DNA of 64,000 nucleotides, taken from Octopus sinensis (Eukaryota). This document shows, piece after piece, positions 14,572-27,331 of the stretch. The stretch lies in contig NC_043002.1 in the NCBI RefSeq assembly GCF_006345805.1, positions 115,072,001 to 115,136,000 of the forward strand, in the 5' to 3' direction. The translations under genes and the position numbers were made by a program. A model generated the notes under the pieces. That model did not search any database, had not been told where the DNA came from, and was given only the letters and a program-made list of their open reading frames with translations. Numbering within the stretch: the stretch's first letter is position 1; each line of letters opens with the position of its first letter.

Positions 14572-15489
14572 TGATTCGCTTTCTACAATTATTTTTTTTC
14601 ATCAAATTTTGTCTCAGACATTATTTAAAGGCAAAGTAAACATGGCTTAGTGATTCTATTAACAATATAATTTTTACGTATACTATAAAACATCTTATCT
14701 TCAAAGTCAAGTTAAATTACTTCTAGAAGTCAGCTGATCGGCTTTTAAAGCTTTCATATTTAAAATATAGTCCAACTGCTATTTCGTTGATAAATTAGTA
14801 TACTTCTAAAGAGTATATTTATGTTAATATGTATGAACGTATGAAAATTCAAAGTGGTGTGTTAAATATTCTAAATAAGTACTCGAATATATTCTTAGGC
14901 ATTCAGAATCAAAATGACGGTGTAAAAATAGTTTATCTTATTTGGAGATAGTTCTCCGGAGAGAAAATTCAAATATTTTACCGAGAAATTAAACAAACTC
15001 AGAAAAACCAGATAAGTATACTTCTCCCCAAGCTAGCAAAATAAATATTATTTTTCCTTATTTTAAAATAACTGTGCATGCAATTACGCCTTCTTGCTAA
15101 CGTGGGAATATCCAGCTTAATTATAACTATGGAAATCCAGCAGAGAGACTTAAAACTAAGAGGTATAGTATTACATTTTGATGGGTCACTTCAGAGATGT
15201 TTCGTTAAATAGTAGCATTTTAAATACGAAAATATGTTTATGTTACAGTAAATTATTATAAGCATATGAGGAAAATTGCTCAATAGGTAATATCTGTAAC
15301 ATGAGCTACATGCGTGCGCACGCGCACACGCACGCTCACAAACTCACAGAATATGAACATACACAAAAATACATAGGAGTATTTGAGATTAGTGCAACAC
15401 CTGACTGTATTTGTTGTTTTAAGAGTCGATGTCTTCTGACAGTCTCTCTCTGTCTCTCTGTCAATCTGCCTGTCTCTGTCTGTCGCGAG

Positions 15490-15554
15490 ATATATGTGTG
15501 TGTGTGTATTATATATATATATATTATATATATATATATGTATATATATATATG

Positions 15555-15643
<89 letters not shown>

Positions 15644-15670
15644 ATATGTGTACGTGTGTGTGTATGTATG
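15490..15670. repeat. (TA)n/(TG)n microsatellite
   Basis: Read directly. Confidence 0.96.
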
Positions 15671-17169
15671 TATTGGATGACGCTAATTATCTATCTACGC
15701 AGCGCATTCTGCCAAATTGAAATTATCATCTGCCTCATGGTAAGTAATGACAGCAGGGTATTAATGGTAATGTGTTAATTTGGATACACTACTCAAAGGA
15801 AATTGATGTGCACAAAACTCCTATCAAGTCAGTCGAAATCCTGCAGTGATAATAGTTTTTAATGAAGTAAGTCTGTTGGTGATGCATTACTGCCCATGAA
15901 TGGTAATTTGTTGCTCTATTTTTCCAATAATTATAGTTTGCTTTATTCCTTTCTTTTACAAATGTAATTTTTTCCCGTAAAAGATACGTTTTCACTCCTG
16001 CAATATACAGTACTTTTTTCTGTACAGTGCTTTTAGAAACATGGTTTTTGTGGTTAGCAAGCTATCATATGTACCAGGTTCACCAAACAAATGCACATCT
16101 GTATATTAACTCCTCATAATATATTTTCTCGGCTTTACTTTTTTTTTGTCTTACACACCTTGAACTATACTTTACTGTTTACAAATTATCTTCAAAATGT
16201 TCGGGTATATAATCATAATTATGTTGAGTCACTGTTCAATCAAAATTTCTTTAATATATTAAACCTCCTTTAATGCAGCGGCTAAAGACATTAAGCATAC
16301 AGTAGCGATGGGGGAAACGAACCAGCGATGAACTGAGAATATAACTGGAAATTTTTCTAAGTAATTCTTTAATCTAACCATCAGATTACAAAGATGCAAT
16401 CCAGCATCTGAAACCAACTTCACCTAGGAAAGTCATCATATAGTGATAGTCGATGAGCTCCAGCGAAGCCAGATCGTCAGTCTACCTCCTGTGCAAAATA
16501 ATGCATAAGAGAAAAGCTTACGGGAATTGTATAGAGCTTTGCTGTGCGGACAACACTTCAAACATTAAACAAACATATTCAGTTAGATATACTAAAAAGA
16601 AATCGCTAACTTTGCAACTAACCGAGTTATTAGCCTATTATATCCCTTTTGTTTTGGTACTCCCTTTGTAGCACCACAAATTCTTGGCTCGAACAACTAG
16701 AAAGACTATTATCTCGTTCTCAGTTATGATAGACTGATAGTAACGAATGTATCTGAAATGCAAATATAAAGCTTGTGGGATATATTAACCGCAGCCGATA
16801 TTTTCTATTTGCACAATCACACAATACCCTCATTTCATAGTTTCCTTTATCAACTTTTAGTGTCACTCAACTTCTCACCAATTTGGCGAAGTAGGCATTC
16901 AAATTCAGTGTTTTTGTCGACCGCTTCCTTCTAAAATTGGTAAAAAAAAACTGTTGCTGTAGAACTGCACACATCATCGGCTTCGAATCAAATATTAAGT
17001 GGCCATCGAACGGCTTTCCCCTACTCGTATGAGGGAGTATTCACCTTCATTCAGAAAGCAAAATCAGTATTTTGCATCGAAATATTTTTTTAAATACTAA
17101 TGAGCCTTTTTCTTCGGATGTGATGTGTCTTCTAATCACCCTTTTCAGGTTTCCTTACTAAATTCCTGT

Positions 17170-18620
17170 CCAATTGTTTGCGCGATAACATTACTTCCAT
17201 TAGAATTCTGCTTCACCTGTGTGCCTGTGAGTAATGTGCTTTCTAAGTCATTTAACTTGATTAGTTTCTAGTGAGCACTGTGAAAGTTATTGGAGGGTCG
17301 GTATTGTTCCTAGTAATTTTGTTTTGTGTTTCTAGTGGTTATATTGTTGAATGTGACGTTTGGTTATATTTGATTTTTACCCCCGATGTTGCTGATAAGA
17401 GGAGATATAGAAGACTTGGTAGGTACCACATTTAGTGTGTTTTATTTAATATTTAATCATTTTTAGCTGGTTCTTTTTGCGAAAATGTATCTTGGGAATG
17501 GCGGAGGGAAACGATTATGATTTAATTTGCTTATCAAATAGTACAAGCATTTTGATCAGGTGCGGGAAGACATACTGGTGTAGAAGGGAAAGAATTGACG
17601 TGATAATAGATCCTTTTGAAAATGCAAATTTTGGAAGTGAAATGTTTGTAGACTGCATAGGTTTGGCAATCTGACGGATTGTTGGCTAGCCAGCACCCTG
17701 CTTTGTTTTGTTAAAGTAATTTCTGTTTAAGTGAATAGCTAGAAATAAACTTGAAAAGTTTGTCGATGTTAGTGCTGATTCTACTTATGTGCAATATTTT
17801 CTGGTTGAATCTGTTATTTTCCCTCCGTGTTAGATTCTTGGGTAGAATGTTGGAAGTGGTGAAAGTGAGGAGGAGGCGGAATGCTATGATTGCTTTCAAG
17901 CCAAGTTATTTCAAGTGTATATATGTTATTTGGTCTGGAAAATGAATAGGGGTTTAAACACTCAAATCCTCCAGAGATTGAAAAATTCGATCCGTGTTCC
18001 TTTTTCAATGCAAGATGCGAGAAGGGATTTGAAATCATGATCTTATTGGAACGTGTTTACTTTTTGGTGGTTGCAGTTGCTGATTTTCGAGAAGTTCTTG
18101 ATAGGAGCACTTGCTTTGTGTTGAAACGCTATGTTCAGGTTGCAAACATGTTTTAATTGGGATGAAATTATTTACTCTCAAATATTTTTGTGTAACTTTT
18201 GCACCGGGTAAATCAACTGCGTTCATATCTTCCACATCAGTGCTGTTTACGGGGTTGTTTATTTGTGGTAGTTGGTTGACCGTATGGTGGGGGAGTTGTT
18301 AATGTGATATGGAGTTGTTTTCTGATTGTTGTCATTGAGGAATATATTCACCGTAGTATCTATTTTCGTGATTCTTGGTGCCGTTAAATAATCCAAATTT
18401 GTTTTCTGATGGAACTGGTCTTACAAGGCTTTTGAAGTTTATAAAAATGACTTCGTTTTTTTTCATTAATCTGCAATGATGATGTCTGCAGAGTCGGTGT
18501 GCTTGAGTGGTTGTTTGCCATGTGATTTCATAGATATAAGTGTGTTGCGCACACATTTGGATATAGAGACGCAGTTATTTTTGAGATGTATGTGACATGT
18601 TTAGAGTGTAAATGGGATTT
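17170..18620 (-). mobile_element. Highly degenerate Penelope-like element (RT core to GIY-YIG)
   Basis: Minus strand: YIYEI...RLCRHH at 18479-18493 (decayed LYRDD, aligning with IYILYE...GLYRDD of the 63-kb copy); NIAF..; RRENNRFN...STNIDKLF (decayed RNIIWFNPPY..TNIGK.F); FKRIYYHVNSF at 17589-17620 (GIY-YIG FK.R..H..SF). Many stops. Confidence 0.6.
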
Positions 18621-19095
18621 ACTTGGGATGATATTGTTTCCCTCTCTAATATTTTCCGCGTTATATACGCAGCAGGGCAAACGCTGTGTATTGAAGTCTT
18701 CCCCAGAAATGTTGTTTGGGTGAGTGGTATGTGGTCATTGGTGTTGTAAATTCACGTTAGTTTTTTTGGTGGAGGGGGCCATTTTTTAACATAAATGATT
18801 GTTTTTCTAGTGTGTTGTGCCTTTTCTGATTAATCGTTGTTTACAATATTTATGTGCTAGATGAATGTTAGTATGTTTGTCCAGTTTCATTAAAATTTGG
18901 AGACTGGGTTGTTTTGTATTATTGTAAAATCATTTTCTGAATAATTACATGAATATGTTTGATTATAACATTCTTCCTCTTTTCCTAAAATTGTTTTACT
19001 CCGCTGTTGTTGTATCTGTAGTATGTTTAGCTCTCGTTGTTGACAAGATATATTTTTGGGATGAATACTAAAATATTTCTATAATATATTGTGTG

Positions 19096-19794
19096 CTAGC
19101 AGTATAACCCGGCCTTGCCCGGGATTAAGTTACGATTATTAAGCTAATCAAGTTCTTTATTTCAAACCAAACTAAGTAATATCGACGTTAAATTTGGGCG
19201 AAATCCGTTGAAATTAGTTATATTATATATATATATTATATATATCTAATATAATATAAATATATATGGGCAACAGACACGAACACACATACACACGCGT
19301 ACGTAAGTACACCTATTGCATGTTTTGTGCACGCATACATGTTCATAAACAGAAATGAATGGGAAAAAATGTTGTTAAATTTGTAGATTAACACTCGCAC
19401 GATTTTCACTATAACAAAAAATCGTTTTTTGCGTGGAATCAACTACTCTGGCCTCAAAACCCTTTTTGTGGTCCGTGAAACGGAGTGGGGTGTGGTGGAA
19501 GCCTCGCAAATTGTACCCATTTATATTGTGTAATTCACTGACAAATTATTACTCACCTCTTTGTTGTTGTTTTTTGTTCTTAAATAAATGTATTATCAAC
19601 AAAACAATTTTTCATTCGGTGTAAAATAAAAACAAAACTCTTTCGCACCCAAAGTAATTGTTGTGTGAGAAAGTATATATACTATGATTATAAAATATAG
19701 TGTCTTTCAAAAACATCCTGAATTTGAACACTATATCTCGTGTTTAAGAAAAAAAAACATTTTACATTTTATTTTTTATGAACGTCGTCACTTA

Positions 19795-19855
<61 letters not shown>

Positions 19856-20184
19856 ACCTCATCTTTCCCTTTTTTTTTTGTTAGACGCTGTGAAACTCTG
19901 CTTCGCTTCCACTTTTCTTTATCTTGTTTTTTTTTGTTAGACGCCGTCAAAAAGCTATGGCTGAAAATAGATTTTTACCGCTAAAAGCTATGGCTTAAAA
20001 TAGACTTTTACGCTATCCGCGGGTGCCTCGGGGAAAAAAATAAGTTGACAAAGCCCAGAAGGATGTTGACGAATGTTCTCCTAAAATTTAAGCGACATGT
20101 GTGCTAATTTGTGGATGTGCATAAACTACAATCACGTACACACACACACATCTTGCCTTATATATATATATATATATATACAGA
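19096..20184 (-). mobile_element. Non-autonomous Helitron-like element (about 1.09 kb)
   Basis: Minus strand starts A|TCTGTATATA..(TG)n and ends with GC hairpin CCCGG-GCAAGG-CCGGG (19108-19123) 8 nt before CTAG (19096-19099), the canonical Helitron termini. The flanking base after CTAG is C rather than T. Internal (CT)n and short tandem duplications. Confidence 0.7.
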
Positions 20185-20296
20185 TGAAGCAGTGGAGTTC
20201 AGAAGTATAAGAGTATTTTTAGTATTTACTGTTGTTGTTTTCCTCGTCGTTTCTATTGCTGTATCAACTGCAGTTGCTTTTGTTATTGTTAATTTT

Positions 20297-20556
20297 AAAT
20301 AAATAAAATAAATGCGCCCTTTTAAAATCTAGCCAGGCTCATGGTCCTGGTTTCCCGGTTTCAATGGCGTATGTGTTTCCCAGCTGGACGAGACGCCAGT
20401 CCATCGCAGCGTTACTCATTTTTGCCAGCTGAGTGGACTGGGGTAACGTGAAATGAAGTGTTTTGCTCAAAAACACAACCCGTCGCCTGGTCCAGGAATC
20501 GAAACCACAATCTTACGATCATGATGCTGACACTCTAATCACTAAGCCATACACAT
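20297..20556 (-). mobile_element. tRNA-derived SINE family D
   Basis: Minus strand: TGGCTTAGTGATTAG (A box), GGTTTCGATTCC (B box), GTGTTTTTGAGCAAAACACTT, GCGATGGACTGGCGTCTCGTCCAG, tail GGGCGCAT(TTTA)n. Confidence 0.85.
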
Positions 20557-22334
20557 ACACATTGTTAATTTTACTCATTGCTAATTTTACTTCTCTAATA
20601 CCATATAGGTTTCTTTTTAGTTTTTATTTGGGGGATGTATTTGTGTGAGTAATTTACAAAAGATTTATCGTTTTAGCTCTCACCACGCAATAAGCTTCAC
20701 TGACCTGGTTCTTGTCATATTTAACGTCACTACATTCCGTCTTCACCTCTATTTATACCAAGTACCTCTAAGTTTTGCCAACTGCGCTGAATATGCTTAA
20801 GTGATAAAATCAGATAAGATCGAAACATGTCCGCCACATTCGCCAGTTGGCTATAAAGGCAAGATTTGTTAGTAAGTACATTGTCGTTATTTTCCAAAAC
20901 GTTGGATTCGCTTACATTATCAGCGATATTTTTCTTACTTGTGTTTATATTTCCAGCACCGATGGAAGTCGGCCGGCTGAAGGTTCGAAATAGGCTATAC
21001 TGGAAACAAGGGAGCAATTAGTGTGGAATTTTAGAATTTAAAAACATATTAAAGGGAGAGATCATTAGGCAAATGTATTAATGCGTACACAATGTCAAAA
21101 TATGGACTTATCTTTCGTGAATCAATATTCATTGGTATCTGTTTAATTTTATTCAAACACGATTGGAGAAAATTGGTAAGTACTCAGAAATTATTAGAGT
21201 TTTCAAAGAAGTACAGCAGGTTAAAAAAGACAGTTTGACACCAAGGTTTTATGCACTAAAAATGCCCAAATAAACATACAGGAAAACATTAAAAAAAAGA
21301 TATGTAAAATCATCAACATCTCTCGTTATTGAAAACAATAACGAAATGACATAACTGAAAAAAAACGTGTGAAGAAATGTTACAGAAATACGATATAACA
21401 AAAAGGAGAAGTGCTTGAAATAATAGAATAACTGAAATAAGAAGTCTTCGTTAAATCCGAAAGATCGCGTTGGTATGAGAATCACGAATTATTTTTTGAA
21501 CATAGCAATCAGACTAGTGTGAAGTGAAAAGAATGAGAGTGAAAATAAATTGTAAATCAATGCCAAGTGGACAAGGAAAAAGCTAGATTTAAAAGGATGA
21601 ATACGCAACATAAAATGTCCTCAGGGATGTAACATATGAACAATCTTAAGAGGTCAAAAGTCGCGGGAAGTAGTCGAGACAAAAGATAACGAAATAACTG
21701 CAAGGTAGCAAGGAATAATAAGACCTCCAGCTTGCGATTAAAATATTTAATAGGGACATATATGTTACTAGTTGAGACTTTTTATAAGATAGTAAAGGGC
21801 TTGAGACAATATAGCTAACTGAATAGAAAAACATCTAAAGGAAAGCAAACTCTGAAATCTCCAAGCCTCTAACTTGTTTTCTTCCTGCTTGTAAAGACTT
21901 AATTGTAATAATACTATAGAGAAGTAAACATATAAAAAGAAGTTTATTTTCTTCAAAGCAATGTAGTGTTGCAAAGGCACATATGGTTGTAAAATCAATT
22001 ACTAATCAATAAAAGCTTAATTGAAGAATGTGGAACGAGGAAAAGAAGTGTAAGCATGACAAGTTTAAGCAACAGGAGGCTTTTGACAATGTTTTCCACA
22101 CCTGGCCCTGGGAACATTAGAGAACAATAAACAAACACATTAGAGAAGAAATTGGTTATTGTGTAAAGTAAACTCATTGAAACCAAACAATCCTATGACA
22201 CTCTCTTTCCACTCCTTTTCTGCATCATATCAACACCTATTCAACCAGGTGGTTCTCGGATACAAATCTAGTATCAGAACCGTCAACCATATTTTAAGTA
22301 TGAACAATTTCAAGTTAATGATTAATTAGAAACT

Positions 22335-22455
22335 TGGTTATGTATGTATGTATATATGTATGCATGAATGTTTGTATGTATGTATGTATGTATGTATGTA
22401 TGTATGTATGTATGTACGTATGTATGCATGCATGCATGCATGTATGTTTGTATCT
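22335..22455. repeat. (TATG)n/(CATG)n microsatellite
   Basis: Read directly. Confidence 0.95.
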
Positions 22456-22456
22456 G

Positions 22457-22838
22457 TGGAGGCGCAATGGCCCAGTGGTTAGGGCAGCGGACTCACGGTC
22501 GTAGGATCGCGGTTTCGATTCCCAAACCGGGCGTTGTGAGTGTTTATTGAGCGAAAACACCTAAAGCTCCACGAGGCTCCGGCAGGGGATGGTGGTGATC
22601 CCTGCTGTACTCTTTCACCACAAATTTCTCTCACTCTTACTTCCTGTTTCTGTTGTACCTGTATTTCAAAGGGCCGTCTTTGTCACTCTCTGTGTCACGC
22701 TGAATATCCCCGAGAACTACGTTAAGGGTACACATGTCTGTGGAGTGCTCAGCCACTTACACGTTAATTTCACGAGCAGGCTGTTCCGTTGATTCGGATC
22801 AACCGGAACCCTCGTCGTCGTAACCGACGGAGTGCTTC
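22457..22838 (+). mobile_element. tRNA-derived SINE family C, second copy
   Basis: Nearly identical to 2835-3224; inserted in (TATG)n with an imperfect 13-bp TSD (TATGTTTGTATCT / TATGTATGTATCT). Confidence 0.92.
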
Positions 22839-22929
22839 TATGTATGTATCTACGTATCTATATATGTATGCTTGTATACTAGACGCAATAATACAGTATT
22901 TAGAGTAGACAAATATAGTGAGACAATCT

Positions 22930-23270
22930 TGATGAGATGAAAATTACTAACACTAATATGATATTATACAAAGAAACAGTTAAAAGAATTCTGCAAAAAA
23001 AAAATTACTTACAAATACTTGGGAATTAATGAACTAGACAGAGTAGAAAACTCAACTGGAAAAAAGTTAGGCAGAAATATTTTAGGAGATTAATATTAAA
23101 AACAGAATTAAATAAAAATAACGTAATAGGCGTCGATACTTCAGCAGCACCAAAATAAATTCATATATCTAGAGAAAAAAAAATCACAAGAAAAATGACT
23201 GAGTTTAGAAATACACCAAAATCTGAAACAACAATTATGTTTAGTAAAAAGAATACAGGGATGGTGGTAG
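22930..23270 (+). mobile_element. Degenerate R4/Dong-like RT domain 7/thumb fragment
   Basis: TYKYLGINELDRVENS..KVRQKYFRRL..LKTELNKNN; TPKSET.. resembling HPKSD.RLY..R..GGRG. Confidence 0.6.
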
Positions 23271-23704
23271 TATGCAAATATAAAACTACTGTAAAATATT
23301 CATTGTAAGATTTTAAAAATTTTCTAGAAGAAAATTGAAAACTGGTTTAGTCCTTCTGGAAGAATGCATATCAAATGCTAATAGTATGCAACAAAAACTG
23401 GTTTTCTATCTTTAAATGCAAAAATAAACATAAATACTGATATAAGGTTGGCAAGAAGAGAAAGAAGCAATGGAAACTGTGAAATAACTGAACAATTTCA
23501 AAATGGATAATGAAAGCATAGCATTAGCTGAGCGTAGGCCTCAAAGCTAAGATTGAAGAATTTCTTGATTACTGCACTTCAGTCTTTTACGTTAAGCACT
23601 TACAGCAACGACTACTGAAATGATCGTAGTGATTTATCTGAAATACTATCTAACTGCTTTTTTGTTGTTCTTTTCAATTTTGCCTCTCACCCTCATTCTA
23701 TCCC

Positions 23705-23707
23705 ACC

Positions 23708-23761
<54 letters not shown>

Positions 23762-23789
23762 CTATCTACCTGTTTCTTTCCATATATGC

Positions 23790-23846
<57 letters not shown>

Positions 23847-23880
23847 TATATATATATGTATATATATGTATGTGTGCAAA
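23705..23880. repeat. (CT)n-(CTAT)n-(TA)n compound microsatellite
   Basis: Read directly. Confidence 0.95.
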
Positions 23881-23934
23881 TATACATATATCATACATAG
23901 ACATACTGATAAATTTCAGCTGCCTACAGGTTTT

Positions 23935-25425
23935 TACTTAGGTTACTTTGATAAGTTTTGACCGAAGTTGGCCCAGGCCATGTCTGATTTAATAGCACCA
24001 CCAGGAAGAGATACAGAGTTAGCCCTTGGGCACCATAGCCCATTCGAGCAGAGAGTTACTGTTTTCAGAGACATACCCGGGTGTGGGTAGTTTGTCTGGT
24101 ATTTGTCGGAAGTAATCATCTAGGGACCATTTGAATGCCGTGAAATCGCTTTCCTCCTTTATGTGGCCTGGCATGACGTTGAAGAGAGCAGGGCCAGTTG
24201 AGGTGAAATAGTTTTGTCGTAGTATTGTGATACGACACGAATGTGATTTCTGTAGTGGACGGATGGCACGGGGGCTAAGCCTCGGATGAAATTTAAAGAT
24301 GATACTTATGTCATTTGGGTAATCTTGATATGGAACATTTTCCACATCATACAGATGATATAACGCTCACGGCGGCGTTGGAGGGAATAAGAACTGAGCT
24401 TTTTGAGTCGATCCCGATAGTCAAGGCTTGTCATGTCGTCTATTTCTTTTTTGTGTATGATTGATATTTTGGGGAGCTTCAATTTTCATAATATTCTGTA
24501 TCGTGTGGGGAGAACCACAGCGGACAACAGTATTCTAGGTGAGGGTCAGTAAAAGTAGAGAAAAGTAGAACAACGGAAGGTCCTGAGGATCCAGGAGCAC
24601 GTCCTGCAGCCACGTCAACTTTGCTATTTATGTGAACACTTCAGCTTGTTTTGTTGTCAACAGTAACACCCAGGTCTCTAGCAGTGCTGGCTGCCACGAA
24701 GGTTTCGCCCGAGGGAAGAGTATATGGTTGTTGGGATGCAATCATTTCATCGAAGTGGATTAGATTGAATTTGTTCTCGTTTACCTGCATATTATATTTC
24801 TCCGCCCATTGGATAATAGCAAACAGATCAGATTGAAGGTTTATCTGGTCTTCAACCCTGTCAAACAACCTTCGGTACCATGGAGTCATCCGCGAAAATA
24901 TACAAGCTAATGTATTTGATGACGTCAGTGATGTCGTTAATATAAATTATGAAAAGGAGCGGACCCAATACAGTACTTTGTGGGACTCCACTTATAATCC
25001 TGGCTGAGATCGATCGGACACCATCAATCACTACATGTTGAGTTCTGTTCATCAGAAAACATTTCATCCAAGTTAACAGTTTATCTCGGACTCCAATGTT
25101 GGACTGTTTCTTTAACAGGATGCAGCGATCAACCCTGTCAAAGGCTTTGCTGAAGTCAAGGTATATGACATCTGCATTGGATCCCTCTCCCATGGCTTTT
25201 AAGATGTAATTGAAATAATGCAAGAGTTATGTTAAGCAATCCCTTCCATTGTAGAAGCCATGTTGGTTGGGAATAATTAGACTGTTAGATTCCAAGGACT
25301 GAGTTAGTCAAGATCTCACCACTCTCTCAAATAATTTGATGATATGAGAGGTAAGATCGGTCGGTAATTCACGGCGAGTGACTTTTTGCCTTTCTTGAAA
25401 ACTGGGGTTTTTTGTCGAAAGTTTT
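23935..25425 (-). mobile_element. 5'-truncated CR1-clade LINE (RT and C-terminus, with internal deletion)
   Basis: KGKKSLAVNYRP..TSHIIKLFERVV; ADVIYLDFSKAFDRV (25137-25163); SGVPQSTVLGPLLFIIYINDI; IFADD (24885-24896); LQSDL..I.QWA; RDLGVTVD; FKWSLDDYFRQIPDKLPTPGY...NSLLEW; tail AAGTAACCTAAGTA. Confidence 0.93.
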
Positions 25426-27104
25426 TTGTGAGGACTCTCCAAGATGTGTTCTATTCGACCTAAATTCTATCAAATTTATCACGATCCAAGTTTTCATCGC
25501 ATCTTACATACCTTTCCTTGTCTACATAAATTACCTTCTAACCTCACATACTCCACCGATGATGACGCACTCTTTTATTCCTTCTTAACTTTCCAACAAT
25601 AAATTTTGTTATCGTGTAATGAAGACTGACCACACAACTAATGCGTGGTCTTGTCTTCTCTTAAATTTCTATGATGCACAAAACGAATATAACTGACTCC
25701 TTCCATCATCTTCAGTCTTTATCAACATATACCCACGCTAACTATGTGTTCTCCACCAAATAGTCTCTAAACATTAGCCGTAGTTCGCAGAAAACAGCTT
25801 ACAGCACTTTTGTCTACACCGTGTAAACCCGTCAACTGTACCAATGTGACATAAAAGGTTTTCGACATATTTTCTTTAACGTGGAGCTTAACATGTGTTC
25901 CACAGTCACCAGTAAAACAGCAACTTAGCAGATACCATTATGATGCATAAATATCTAGAACTCAGAGAGAAAAAACTATTAACACGTATATAAATATTTA
26001 GAATAAATTGGAACATCATACATAAATCAAGAGAATATTTTAAAACAGTATCTTATAAATAATCTGATTAATATTAAGAATAGAATCAAATGAAAACCAT
26101 AAATTCGTGTAAATACACTAGCTATCCCAGTAATTAGGTACAGTTTTGATATAATCTTTATGAAATCGAGAGAGATAAAACGCAGACAAAATCTTGAGTA
26201 AATCTAGCAAACCATTCCAGATCTACAGTATATCAGATGTATTTAACACATGTCTAAGAGGGAAGTAATTCTCATGATTAGACAATTATTACATGAGTGA
26301 TTGCTTAAAATAAGAGCCAATATTAGAAATGAATGAGGAAATACAAATAAAGCAACCATTATCTATGGATAAATAGTCAATGAATTGTAACGCAAATGCG
26401 GGAAAAATTCGGTTTTATGAGTATATATAAGAATATCACGTGGAAAAGAAAGGTTATGATAACACATAAACTAGGAATCCGTAGCTTCGATTAGAGTCAC
26501 TACCTTGAAAACTTTTAGGGAATTGTACAAGGAAACCGAAAATGATTCTTCATTAGTGATGTAAAAGTCAAAATGCTTTATAACTAATAGACAAAACATG
26601 AGCTTATTCACAAGAAGATACTTAAACATTTAATAAACCGAGGAGAGAGTAAGTGCAAGAAAATAATTGAACTTATTGTCTCGGGTGTGCCAATCGCGGT
26701 CAACGTTGAATGTGTACACGTGTGATGATGAATGTAGTTATATTTATTACTAAGCAATGTGCAAACAATGTCAAATAGAAATGAGCAACGAATGGTATTA
26801 ATGATGTAAAGAGTAAATACGACAATAGTTGATAATTTTCGGTGACAATGGTTCAAATTGATTGAAAAATCAGAGTAAAGCCTACTGGAATAAACAACTA
26901 TGTAATGCTACCTCCCCATAACCCGATAAGCACCATTCTGTGCATTTCACACGCTTCTCTAGTCTCTCTGCCTCTCTTCACATGACCGAATTTCTCTTCT
27001 AACTATCATCCAGCCCATCACACATATACTATTACGTTCCATTCATTACCTCTATACAGCAATACTTACATATTTACACGTACACACTCAACAACTTAAC
27101 TTAC

Positions 27105-27331
27105 AGGCGCAGACAAATAAAATGCATTTTCTCGATAAAGCCGTCACACAAGGAAACATAGATATACAACAAAGATCTCGCCCGTTGTCTCTCTTGAATG
27201 AACTTCGCCATTCAGTTCTGTTACTTCTGTTGGTTCATTTACTGACGTGCTTCGTCCACTAAAGAAACGCCACCCACATTCACTTCTATTTTTCCCCCTT
27301 TCTGTCTGAGATTCCTGGGGTAAGACCACAG
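27105..27331 (-). other. Candidate spliced exon (5' UTR, possibly containing a start codon)
   Basis: Minus strand: acceptor AAGTTTTACATTTTCAG| with TTCTAAG upstream and donor CCT|GTAAGT; 227 nt, GC above the flanks. All three full-length frames contain stops; ATG...MHFICLR is open to the donor. Confidence 0.3.

Noticed and set aside
20730-21175. 95-aa minus-strand ORF and splice-like signals on both strands (plus-strand GTAAGT..TTTCCAG at about 20870-20956; minus-strand CTAAT..TTTCCAG at about 21003)
   Set aside because: The signals conflict between strands, no domain is recognised, and such motifs are frequent by chance in AT-rich DNA. Needs RNA-seq.
27240-27331. IEVNVGG resembling a K-channel/KCTD BTB start
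   Set aside because: Stop codon 9 residues after the motif and no further BTB motif.
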